DNA of 64,000 nucleotides from Octopus vulgaris (lineage: Eukaryota). This document shows, piece by piece, positions 26,156-38,604 of this stretch. The stretch is from positions 6,262,001-6,326,000 of the forward strand of contig OX597836.1 of assembly GCA_951406725.2 (NCBI GenBank). Direction: 5' to 3'. Both the position numbers and the translations under genes were made by a program. The notes beneath the pieces are model-generated. The model was not told the origin of the DNA, searched no databases, and saw only the letters and a list, made by a program, of their open reading frames with translations. Positions within the stretch are counted from its first letter, which is position 1, and every line of letters starts with the position of its first letter.

Positions 26156-27743
26156 AGATCTTTTTTCGGTTTGAACGGCAGTTTTTAACATCATTTCGGT
26201 ACTAGTCGCGTAGACTGGACCCGGTTTGTGCACACGCGCAGACGCGCATCCGAGCTAACCAGTCGTAGGTAGTCGATCCTACAGCGACTTGCGTATGCAA
26301 ATGAGCTGATTAGAAGCATTGAAAAAAAAAAAAGCAAAACAACCTTAAGGACAGTCAAACATTTCGTTTTTTCAAAGTAGACCACTACAGGGGACAATTC
26401 ACTTGTGTTTCCTTTGAATAGCTACGGCAAACTTCGTTAACCTTTCAGCTATGCTCGTTCTCTTTCAACAGGAATTTAATCCCTGACCAACTCTAAATTA
26501 TTAGACATTCTGGTCGTGGCCATCCCGCTTTGTTGTAAATCCAATACTGCATTGTTCAGTTTGACTTTAAAAAAAAATTCGGCTGCTATTTCTAACAGCT
26601 CAGTGGAAGATATCTCTTGACCGAAGTTGTCCAAGGTCTGTGTTTGCTCCTTGTTTTCAGTTTCTCCAAAGACCCAACTGAACTCTCGTCTTTAACTTCA
26701 GCTGAACAGTTCCCAGTCCCAACACTGCCCTGGTCGTGCAGACCTGATCAAAGGAGTTTATTTGTAACCAGACGTAAAGTAACCCTTTACTTCATAGAAA
26801 TGTTTTATTTCTACGTGGGGGAAATTTGGTTACTATAAGTTTACATTGAAGAGACTTGGTCGTTGACAGGAGCCTCATAAGTTAACGCAGGGAACCATTT
26901 CATAGGAGGCAACTAAATTCTGACCCCACGATGTTGTTGGCTTGTCACCAGGAACCGAGTTCCCTGTTGAAGCCTACAGTAAAATTACCTTGTTGGGGAG
27001 GGGTTAAGCCAATTTTTTAAAACTTTTTTTTCAATTTTCATGCTGCAGTTTGCCGTAGCTATTCAAAGGAAACACAAGTGAATTGTTGCCTGTAGGGGTC
27101 TACTTAGAAAAACAAAATGTTTTTCAATGCTTCTAATTGTTTTGTAACGAAAAAAAACGCAATTGTCTTTAAAATAATATACACCGTATATCGTTGAAAA
27201 ATATTTCCTAAGCTCCAGTAGGGGCTCGCTATTAACTTAGGTTTTGCAATGTTGCGCCAATCAGCTCATTTGCATACGCAAGTCGCTGTAGGATCGACTA
27301 CCAACGACTGGCTAGCGCGGATGCGCGTGTGCGCAAACCGGGTCCAGTCTACGCGACTAGTACCCATAATTTCTACGCGACTAGTACCCAAAATTTTTAA
27401 CTTCGTATACTGGTAGAATGTTTATAAAACATCTTTTTCTCTTGGCTTTGAGGAAATTCTATAGTTTGTAAGATATTTGTTGATTTTTTTTTCTTCAATT
27501 TCTGCAATTTCAACCAATCACTGACGTCTATTGAGGTAAAAAAACATTCTGTGCCCTATGAATATGACCCTCGTTTAAGAAACAGATAGGGTTTATTTAC
27601 ATTTATGAAGAAAAAAAAAAATATCCTTCCCCCCACCCCTAACCCAGATTGAAATGCAATAGATCGATACTAGGGTCATAATTATGGGTGACAATTTCAC
27701 ATGACACCGCTAGAAAAAACTGCCGTTCAAACCGAAAAGATCC
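26156..27743. mobile_element. Non-autonomous TIR DNA element (outer element of a nested pair)
   Basis: TIRs gatctttt(tt)cggtttgaacggcagttttt and aaaaaactgccgttcaaaccgaaaagatc. The flanking 8-mer AAAATGCA is duplicated (26148-26155 and 27744-27751). Confidence 0.8.
26198..27364. mobile_element. MULE-like long-TIR element inserted in the outer element
   Basis: GGTACTAGTCGCGTAGACTGGACCCGG...CCGGGTCCAGTCTACGCGACTAGTACC. Inverted homology extends, with indels, to about 26433 and 27049. 9-bp TSD CATCATTTC/CATAATTTC (1 mismatch). Confidence 0.8.
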
Positions 27744-28819
27744 AAAATGCATTTTTCAATTTTACTAAACTGCCCGTGACGCGTTGGGTCACCAATAGTT
27801 CGAAGTACCTGGAAAAAAAATAGTAAACTGCATAACTTGTGTTATTGTGTTTGTATTCACATTTCAATGGTACCTTACTTCCAAAGCATATTTCCCCCAT
27901 TACAAACCGGTTTGGCTATTTATAAAGGTACCCGGGGAAAAAAAAAACGCGTATCTCGGTAACCCGTGTATGGAGAGCAGCACTAGGACTAGAAAGGGGT
28001 TCGATTTAATAGAGTGGAGCAAAGTAAAATGAAAAGCCCTCCTCAAAGATAGGAACGCGCCGCCCGGTTCAGGAATCGAAATACGACTTTATGGTTGTGA
28101 ATCCAACACCCTAAACCACAAAGCCACGATCCTTCCCCTGCCTAATACCACTTGTTTCATAGACCCTGAAATTTCATTTGAGGAGGGCTTTTCAATTTAC
28201 GCGAAACTTGTTTTATTCAGGTTGTATTCACATGAACATCAATCAACGATTTTGACTCGTTCGTACTTCGGTGTCAGGTAATTTACTTCCACAAGATTTT
28301 TCGGGTGCATTCAACATGTCTCACCTCCAAACCCGCCGCAAGCCATTTTCTTCCGGAAAAGAAGGGGGGGAGTGTGCGGACATTAAACTTTCCCAGGAAG
28401 CTCCGTGTTTCCCCACCAACGGAGTTTTGTTTCGCGGGGGGGTTTCTCTTTTCCAGATTATTTCACATGCTTTCAACGAATGTAACATCGAAACAATGCA
28501 TAAACGGCTCCTTTCTCCCAGAAAAAGAAAGCTGTGGCTGCTATTTTTAGCACTCCCTGGTATCGCGTAACAGCTATTTCGGGTTCTTTATCGCAAATAA
28601 CTATTACGTGGTAGTAGGGCGTGCTAGAAATAGCAGCCAAATCTGCCCTTGTACCAGTCAAGTGGGGATGTTTTGACTAATAATTCTTAGTTGGTCGAAC
28701 AACGGCATAGATATATTCTTCGATAGGGTAAGATTTAGCTGCTATTTCTAGATGAGTTGTATAACCATGTGGAGACTCCTTCGTTGCATAGGGAGAGAGG
28801 CGTGTGTTATTTCTACATA

Positions 28820-29225
28820 AGGCGCAGGAGTGGTTGTGTGGTAAGTAGCTTGCTTACCAACCACATGGTTCCGGGTTCAGTCCCAAAGCGTGGCATCTTG
28901 GGCAAGTGTCTTCTGCTATAGCCTCGGGCCGACCAATGCCTTGTGAGTGGATTTGGTAGACGGAAACTGAAAGAAGCCTGTCGTATATATGTATATATAT
29001 GTGTGTGTGTGTATATGTTTGTGTGTCAGTGTTTGTCCCCCTAGCATTGCTTGACAACCGATGCTGGTGTGTTTACGTCCCCGTCACTTAGCGGTTCGGC
29101 AAAAGAGACCGATAGAATAAGTACTGGGCTTACAAAGAATAAGTCCCGGGGTCGATTTGCTCGACTAAAGGTGGTGCTCCAGCATGGCCGCAGTCAAATG
29201 ACTGAAACAAGTAAAAGAGTAAAGA
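28820..29225 (+). mobile_element. tRNA-derived SINE family A (CORE-like, internal microsatellite); representative of more than 25 full or partial copies
   Basis: aggcgcaggagtgg.tgtgtggtaag...ggttcagtccca...ttgggcaagtg...ggaaactgaaagaag-(TA/TG)n-...gaaacaagtaaaagag. Other copies include 31825-32236(-), 46915-47333(-), 47900-48275(+), 50110-50445(+), 53835-54165(-), 56694-57115(+) and 23140-23500(-). Confidence 0.9.
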
Positions 29226-29914
29226 GGTGTTGTTATGCTAAAATAAATACTAACTCACACGGAAGTAAAAGACTGCGTTGCGGTTTCGAATCTGGAGTAA
29301 AAAAAAAACACTTATACTTCACTTTCAAAGCGAAGACGTGAACGTCACATTTCCCCCCTTCAACTGTGTGTGTGTGTGCGTAAGCGAGAGAAAACCAATG
29401 TTCAATTTTCTAAGTGTTTTAGAACACGTGAAGGGTTCGTTTTACCCCTCCCCCCATTGCTTCCCCGAGTTTTTTTTATGGGACTCGGAATATCGATAGG
29501 TGAACTTGTATATAACCTTTGGACCAAAGGAAAATGTAACCAGTATATGAATTCATTCATAAAGTTTATAGTACGACCACGTGGGTTCGAGTTCAGTACC
29601 ATTGCTCAGGGCTTCTGCTATAGATGTGAGCCGACAAATACCTTGGGAGTTGACCGGGGTCACGGAAAGTATGTGGAGCCTCTCAAATATGTGTGTGTGT
29701 TTCACTTCACCCCCATGACTTGGTAACAGCTGTTGGTTTGTTTGCATTACTTGTAACTTAGTAACCGATAGAATAAGTACAAGACTTTATAAAACAAAAA
29801 CATGTACTAGAGTAAATGTGTCAGATTAAAACTACTTAAGTCGCTGCTTCGGAAGGGCACCCTTCAATGACTAAAACAACTACAAAAATATTTTGTGTTT
29901 GTATGTGTGTGTAA

Positions 29915-29951
<37 letters not shown>

Positions 29952-30002
29952 GATTTAGCGCCTCGTCAAAAAAAAAACTAATATTCTAAAATTCGGACTT
30001 AC

Positions 30003-30321
30003 GGTTTTTAATCCCGTTTTTCGTCGTTAATGGAAGCACGTTTTCGTTATTGTTTTCCAAAGCGGCATTCAAGTAAATCTGGTAATTTTCGGCATCACTA
30101 TGTCCCAGACAGGGTGTACTGTGACGACGCACTCCACTGCCATTTTGGTTCCCCTTGTTGCTAGAAATTACTTTCAAATGTGCATGGTCTACGTTTAAAT
30201 TCGGTCGGAAGGGAATATAACGATCAAATGAAAACGTGTGAAACGACCTCTCTAACAAAGTTGGACTGCCTTGCAAGGAATCTTCGAAACTTTCGTATAT
30301 TGCTATGGCTCTGTCAGCCAT
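30003..30321 (-). CDS. Cdc20/Fizzy-family APC/C co-activator (divergent), coding exon 1
   Basis: ATG at 30321-30319. Encodes MADRAIAIYES...SFDRYIPFRPNL...; DRYIPxR is the C-box of Cdc20/Cdh1 proteins. Ends AAAAACC|GTAAGT (donor, phase 1, 319 nt). Confidence 0.9.
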
Positions 30322-30560
30322 TGTCTCTTATTTCTTGGAATTCTACAACAAATTCTCAGAAGGATTTCGGTCGCAGAGTGTTATTTTTCACTGTATTTTT
30401 CAAAGTTTTCAATTTATAAGTCATTCAATAACTCTAATCTAGCGAGGACGGTGAAACGTTAAATTATATTATCGATACGCCTCGTTTGTTGTGGTCGCCG
30501 CACCTGTTATTTGACGCATGCGCATCACAAGATGTGAGCTAGCAAAGGTATTTTGCATTT
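30322..30560 (-). promoter_or_regulatory. Putative 5' UTR and promoter of the Cdc20-like gene
   Basis: Repeat-free, CpG-containing segment upstream of the ATG. It has a CHR-like TTTGAA (30404-30399, minus strand) and an NRF1-like GCGCATGCG (about 30515-30523). Both motifs are short and could be chance. Confidence 0.4.
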
Positions 30561-30619
30561 GGTAGAGAGAATACGAAATTAGCATATTTCATATTCTAAT
30601 AATTATTTCAACTTTTTGC

Positions 30620-31676
30620 CACCAGGACAGTTTGGAGGAGGGGACGATTCGATTAGAGGGATCTCCAGTGTTCAACTGGTACTTATTTTATCGACCCCGA
30701 AAGGATGAAAGGCAAAGTCGACCGCGGTGGAATTTGAACTCAGAACGTGGCGACAAGCAAAATGTCGCATTTCGTCCAGCGTTCTAATGATTCTTTTGTA
30801 CTACAGACACAAGGCCTGAAATTTGGCGGGGAGGGCGCCAGTCGATTAGATCGACTCCAGTACGCAACTGGTACTTAATTTATCGACCCCGAAAGGATGA
30901 AAGGCAAAGTTGACCTCGGCGGAATTTGAACTCAGAATGTAAAGACAGACGAAATAGCCCTTTCTACTATAGGCACAAGGCCTGAAATTGGGGGGGGGTC
31001 TAGTTAATTACATCGACCGCAGTGTTTCATCGGTACTTTATTTATCGACCCCGATAGGCTGAAAGGCAAAGTTGACCTCGGCGGAATTCGAACTCAGAAT
31101 GTAAAGACAGACGAAATAGCCCTTTCTACTATAGGCACAAGGCCTGAAATTTGGGGGAGAGGGATAGTTAATTACATCGACCCCAGTCTTTCATCGGTAC
31201 TTTATTTATCGACCCCGAAAGGATGAAAGGCAAAGTTGACCTCGGCGGAATTTGAACTCAGAATGTAAAGACAGACGAAATAGCCCTTTCTACTATAGGC
31301 ACAAGGCCTGAAATTTTTTTTTGGGGGGGGGGGATAGTTAATTACATCGACCCCAGTGTTTCATCGGTACTTAATTTATCGACCCCGAAAGGATGAAAGG
31401 CAAAGTTGACCTCGGCGGAATTTGAACTCAGAATGTAAAGACAGACGAAATAACCCTTTCTACTATAGGCACAAGGCCTGAAATTTTTTTGGTGGGGGGG
31501 GGGGATAGTTAATTACATCGACCCGAGTGCGTGACTGGTACTTAATTTATCGACCTTGAAAGGATGAAAGGCAAAGTTGACCTCGGCGGAATTTGAACTC
31601 AGAATGTAAAGACAGACGAAATAGCGCTAAGCATTTCGCCCGGCGTGCTAACCTTTCTTCCAGCCCACTGCCTTAT
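30620..31676 (-). repeat. Tandem array of about 6 SINE-B-derived units of 160-170 bp
   Basis: Repeated ctactataggcacaaggcctgaaatt-Gn-...tcgaccccgaaaggatgaaaggcaaagttgacctcggcggaatttgaactcagaatgtaaagacagacgaaata. Confidence 0.9.
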
Positions 31677-32767
31677 AATGATGAATTATTATATAACTTG
31701 TTCTTCTGTATCCCACCAGGTCTTGTATAGCCCCAGGTCAGCGTTGGTCCAGCTCCAAACATATTGTTCTTTCTTCTTTTTTTTGTTGCTCTTGTTGTTT
31801 TGTGACATCGTTTTTGCAGTTACTCTTTACTCTTTTACTCTTTTACTTGTTTCAGTCATTTGACTGCGGCCATGCTGGAGCACCGCCTTTAATCGAGCAA
31901 CTCGACCCCGACTCTTATTCTTTTGTAAGCCCAGTACTTATTCTATCGGTCTCTTTTGCCGAACCGCTAAGTGACGGGGACATAAACACACCAGCATCGG
32001 TTGTCAAGCAATGCTACGGGGACAAACACAGACGCACAAACACACACACGCATATATATATATACATATATACGAGGGGCTTCTTTCAGTTTCCGTCTAC
32101 CAAATCCACTCACAAGGCTTTGATCGGCCCGAGACTATAGTAGAAGACACTTGCCCAAGGTGCCACGCAGTGGGACTGAACCCGGAACCATGTGGTTGAT
32201 AAACAAGCTACTTACCACACAGCCACTCCTGCGCCTTAATTACGATTTCTAATTTATCTTTAAGGCATCAGGCAAACGGAATCGTCAACAAGCTAAGCAT
32301 TTCGCCCGGCGTATTAACGATTACGTTTGCTTAGCAACATTTCGCCAGTGTGCGACGTTCTGAGTTCAATTTCCGGCGAGGTCAACTTTGTCTTTCATCC
32401 TTTCGAGGTCGATAAATTAAGTTACAGCTGCATACTGGAGTCAATCTAATAGACTGGCTCCCTCCCCCAAAATTTCAGGCCCAGTGGTTAGGGTAGCAAA
32501 CACGCGGTTGTAGGATCGCGGTTTCGATTCCCAGACCGGGCGTTGTGTGTGTTTATTGAGGAAAAACACCTAAAGCTCCACGAGGCTCCGGCAGGGGGGG
32601 TGGCGATCCCTGCTGTACTTTTTCACCACAACTTTCTCTCACTCTTTTTTCTATTGGCCTGCTCGCTGAGAGAGCGGGGGGGCGGGGGGGCGTCATTTAA
32701 AGGTTAAAACAATGCGAAGCGCATTGTGGCCAGCGATGTGTAGCATCTGATAGCCTGGTCGATCACG

Positions 32768-32814
<47 letters not shown>

Positions 32815-32832
32815 ATTTATATATAAAGCTGG

Positions 32833-33090
32833 TATTCTACAGAAAATTAAAGAATTCTCGAACGCAGGATGGTTGTGAAGAGAACTTAGAAAATCTAGTA
32901 AATACCTTTCAGAAGACAGAAAAAAAGCGGTAAGCCAGCCTCTACAAGGGATCGAACTCCGTACCTCTGATTCTCTGTAAATGGTTACAGGCCACTTTTT
33001 CCCTGTCTTCGAAAGGGTGCTTACTCGATTTTCTAAACTGACGTCACAGCCATCCTGCGTTCGAGAATTCCCTTTATTTTCTATAGAATA
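32833..33090. repeat. Imperfect foldback (about 100-bp arms) between (TA)n tracts
   Basis: tattctacagaaaatt...gaattctcgaacgcaggatggttgtga pairs with tcacagccatcctgcgttcgagaattc...ttttctatagaata. Confidence 0.85.
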
Positions 33091-33246
33091 TATATATATA
33101 TATATATATAAGTTCAGCAAAATTTAGATTCAGATGAATCTAAATTTTTACAGTGTTTAATAAAATGAAGTAGCATGAAACAATTGTACCACTCTACCTT
33201 GGATATACTTGTTGCTTATTTTGATTATATATATATATATATATAC

Positions 33247-33330
<84 letters not shown>

Positions 33331-33518
33331 GTACTTGTTTCAGTCATTTGACTGCGGCCATGCTGGAGCACCGCCTTTAGAGTGGTGAAAGAGTACAGCA
33401 GGGATCACCACCTCCTGCCGGAGCCTCGTGGAGCTTTTAGGTGTTTTTCGCTCAATAAACACACACAACGCGATCCTCCGACCGCAAGTCCGCTGCCCTA
33501 ACCACTAGGCCATTGCGC

Positions 33519-33600
<82 letters not shown>

Positions 33601-34137
33601 GGGCTTCTTTTAGTTTCCATCTTCGCTCTACGACGCACAAGGTAGGGGTCAGCTCGGGGCTATAGTATAGATGACACTTGCCCAAGGTCACTGTTTTCAA
33701 CAAGTTTTCTATGTATATATAATTAGTAGATTAAGGGATGATATTCGTAATGAAGCCAGAACGATATCATTAATTAATGAAGACTAATGACTCTATCTTA
33801 ATGAGCTCTGCATTGGTGAACGCTGCTGAAAAAAAAAAAAGAGGAGGAAAAAGAAGAACTAAGAGCAAATGCAAAAAGAAGGGAGATAATTCAAAATAAA
33901 AATAAACTATCTGTTAATTAACTGATAGTTAATTAAAATTGGACAGACAATTAATTAAGCTGTTAATGTTTAGCTTCAGGTCAGCCAAGACTGAACGAAC
34001 ACGAGACAGAAAGCCTTCCAGGCCCCTTTCGAGACTGTCAGATGTTAATTTTAGCGAGAGGTGAGAGTTGGCTGTTATTTCTAGCACTTTGAACGACTAC
34101 TCGCAAGCTTTCTCTTCGTGAACGGAAACACTGCGTA

Positions 34138-34195
<58 letters not shown>

Positions 34196-34294
34196 GCTGT
34201 TGCTGCTGCTGCTGCTGCAGTTTAACTCGATGCCGCCCGCTTTGATTGAGAAGACCTATGATCAAGGGTGCTCCAGCCGTGACCATTCTGTCTT

Positions 34295-34645
34295 ATTAAG
34301 GGTACTTGAGACTTAAGGGCATTTTGGGGCTTATTACGGGAATTTGGGACTTGTTACGGATATTTGGGACTTATTAAAGGTATTTTAGACTTATTAAGGG
34401 CATTATTAAGAGTATTTTGAACTTATTGAGGGCATTAGGGACTTATTACAGGTATTTTGAACTGATTGCGGGTATTTGGGACACAGTAAAGGTATTTTTG
34501 ACTTATTACGGGTATTTTGGACTTATTAACGGGTATTTTGGACTTATTAAGAGTATTTTGAACTTATTGAGGGTATTTGGGACTTATCATGGGTATTTGG
34601 GACTTATTACGGGTATTTTGGACTTATTTAGGGTATTTAGGACTA
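34295..34645. repeat. Degenerate minisatellite of about 20-21 bp (gggtattttggacttattac)
   Basis: About 15 diverged copies visible. Confidence 0.85.
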
Positions 34646-35321
34646 CATTATCCAGTATGACTTTTCGTAAAGTGTGATTTAAAGGAAGATTTGACTGCTG
34701 TTTCTAACAGCTCCATCGACCACATAGAGTCTTGTGAAATCGCTTGTGCAGATTCTCCATGTTTTTGCTGCTGATGTTGTTCGATCATGTTCGAGCAAAT
34801 CTATGAACAAAAGCGTTCCAGCCGTGACCATCCCATATTGTATTCAAGCACTGTATATCTAAGACTATACATTATCGTATACGTTCTTTCTTTCAAACGG
34901 TAAACGGTTGGGTACGATTAGCAAAACGTTTGACTGCTCTTTCTAGCAGGTCAAGCAACCACACAGTGACTCGTTATTGTTGTTGTTGTTATTGTTGTGG
35001 CCGCTGCGGATGCTATTGTTTAATTTCGGATCAGCCTTTCTCGCGTTAACCTATGACCAAAGGCGTTCCAGCTGTGACCATCCCGTATTTTTGGGGGGTT
35101 TTTTTTTTCGCTGTGCAGAGAGAATCCACCGCCACATTATGCAAGAGGAGCAGGCGCGGCTGTGGTGTTACGAAGCTCGCTTTGCGACCGTGGGGTTTCG
35201 GGTTCGGATTCAGTCCCGCAGGGTAACACCTTGGGCCAGTGGCCCCTGTTATAGCTTCGGACCGACCCAGGGCCATGTGAGTGGATTTGGTAGACTGAAA
35301 CCCTGTGCAATCATGTTATGC

Positions 35322-35560
35322 ACACATACATACATACATACATATACATACATACATACATACATACATACATACATGCATACATACATACATACATACA
35401 TACATACATACATACATACATACATACATACATACATACATACATACATACATACATACATACATACATACATACATACATACATACATACATACATACA
35501 TACATACATACATACATACATACATACATACATACATACATACATACATACATACATACA

Positions 35561-35592
<32 letters not shown>

Positions 35593-35660
35593 CATATACA
35601 TACATACATACATACATACATACATACACACACACATACATACATACATACATACATACA

Positions 35661-35692
<32 letters not shown>

Positions 35693-36018
35693 CATACATA
35701 CATACATACATACATACAAACATATATACATACATACATACATACATACATACATACATACATACATACATACATACATACATACATACACACATACATA
35801 CATACATACATACATACATACATACATACATACATACATACATACATACATACATACACACATACATACATACATACATGCATACATACATACATACATA
35901 CATACATACACACATACATACATACATACATACATACATACATACATACATACATACACACATACATACATACATACACACATACATACATACATACATA
36001 CATACATACATACATACA

Positions 36019-36050
<32 letters not shown>

Positions 36051-36272
36051 CATACATACATACATACATACACACATACATACATACATACATACATACA
36101 TACATACATACATACATACATACATACATACATACATACATACATACATACATACAAACATATATACATACATACATACATACATACATACATACATACA
36201 TACATACATACATACATACATACATACACACATACATACATACATACATACATACATACATACATACATACA

Positions 36273-36304
<32 letters not shown>

Positions 36305-36334
36305 CATACATACATACATACATACATACATACA

Positions 36335-36366
<32 letters not shown>

Positions 36367-36695
36367 CATACATACATACATACATACATACATACATACA
36401 TACATACATACATACATACATACATACATACATACATACACACATACATACATACATACATGCATACATACATAATACATACATACATGCATACATACAT
36501 ACATACATACATACATACATACATACATACATACATACATACATACATACATACATACATACATACATACATACATACATACATACATACATACATACAT
36601 ACATACATACATACATACATACATACATACATACATACATACATACATACATACATACATACATACACACACACATACATACATACATACATACA

Positions 36696-36727
<32 letters not shown>

Positions 36728-37075
36728 CATACATACATACATACATACATACAAACATATATACATACATACATACATACATACATATACATACATACAT
36801 ACATACATACATACATACACACATACATACATACATACATACATACATACATACATACATACATACATACATACATACATACATACATACATACATACAT
36901 ACATACATACATACATACATACATACACACATACATACATACATACACACATACATACATACATACATACATACATACATACATACATACATACATACAT
37001 ACATACACACATACATACATACATACATACATACATACATACATACATACATACATACATACATACATGCATACA

Positions 37076-37107
<32 letters not shown>

Positions 37108-38185
37108 CATACATACATACATACATACATACATACATACATACATACATACATACATACATACATACATACATACATACATACATACATACATACATAC
37201 ATACATACATACATACATACATACATACATACATACATACATACATACATACATACATACATACATACATACATACATACATACATACATACATACATAC
37301 ATACATACATACATACATACATACATACATACATACATACATACATACATACATACATACATACATACATACATACATACATACATACATACATACATAC
37401 ATACATACATACATACATACATACATACATACATACATACATACATACATACATACATACATACATACATACATACATACATACATACATACATACATAC
37501 ATACATACATACATACATACATACATACATACATACATACATACATACATACATACATACATACATACATACATACATACATACATACATACATACACAC
37601 ATACATACATACATACATACATACATACATACATACATACATACATACATACATACACACATACATACATACATACATACATACATACATACATACATAC
37701 ATACATACATACATACATACATACATACATACATACATACATACATACATACATACATACATACATACATACATACATACATACATACATACATACATAC
37801 ATACATACATACATACATACATACATACATACATACATACATACATACATACATACATACATACATACATACATACATACATACATACATACACACATAC
37901 ATACATACATACATACATACATACATACATACATACATACATACATACATACATACATACATACATACATACATACATACACACATTCATACATACATAC
38001 ATACATACATACATACATACATACATACATACATACATACATACATACATGCATACATACATACACACATACATACATACATACATACATACATACATAC
38101 ATACATACATACATACATACATACATACATACATACATACATACATACATACATACATACATACATACATACATACATACATACA

Positions 38186-38217
<32 letters not shown>

Positions 38218-38303
38218 CATACATACATACATACATACATACATACATACATACATACATACACACATACATACATACATACATACATACATACATACAA
38301 ACA

Positions 38304-38335
<32 letters not shown>

Positions 38336-38604
38336 CATACATACATACATACATACATACATACATACATACATACATACATACATACATACATACATAC
38401 ATACATACATACATACATACATACATACATACATACATACATACATACATACATACATACATACATACATACATACACACATACATACATACATACATAC
38501 ATACATACATACATACATACATACAAACATACATACATACATACATACATACATACATAATACATACATACATACATACATACATACATACATACATACA
38601 TACG
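35322..38604. repeat. (TACA)n tetranucleotide array, about 3.3 kb
   Basis: Directly visible. It produces the spurious HTYI/MYVC ORFs of more than 1000 aa. Confidence 0.98.

Larger units (their letters stand above)
25847..28172. repeat. Direct repeat pair of about 205 bp (25847-26049 and 27968-28172)
   Basis: gtatggagagc.gcac.aggactagaa...gtttcatagaccctgaaat is present twice with few differences. Confidence 0.9.

Noticed and set aside
26700-26745. miR-34/449-like seed (GGCAGTGT, minus strand) in intron 1, by analogy with miR-449 in vertebrate CDC20B
   Set aside because: Only the seed matches. There is no pre-miRNA hairpin or 3' similarity, and it lies inside a transposon.
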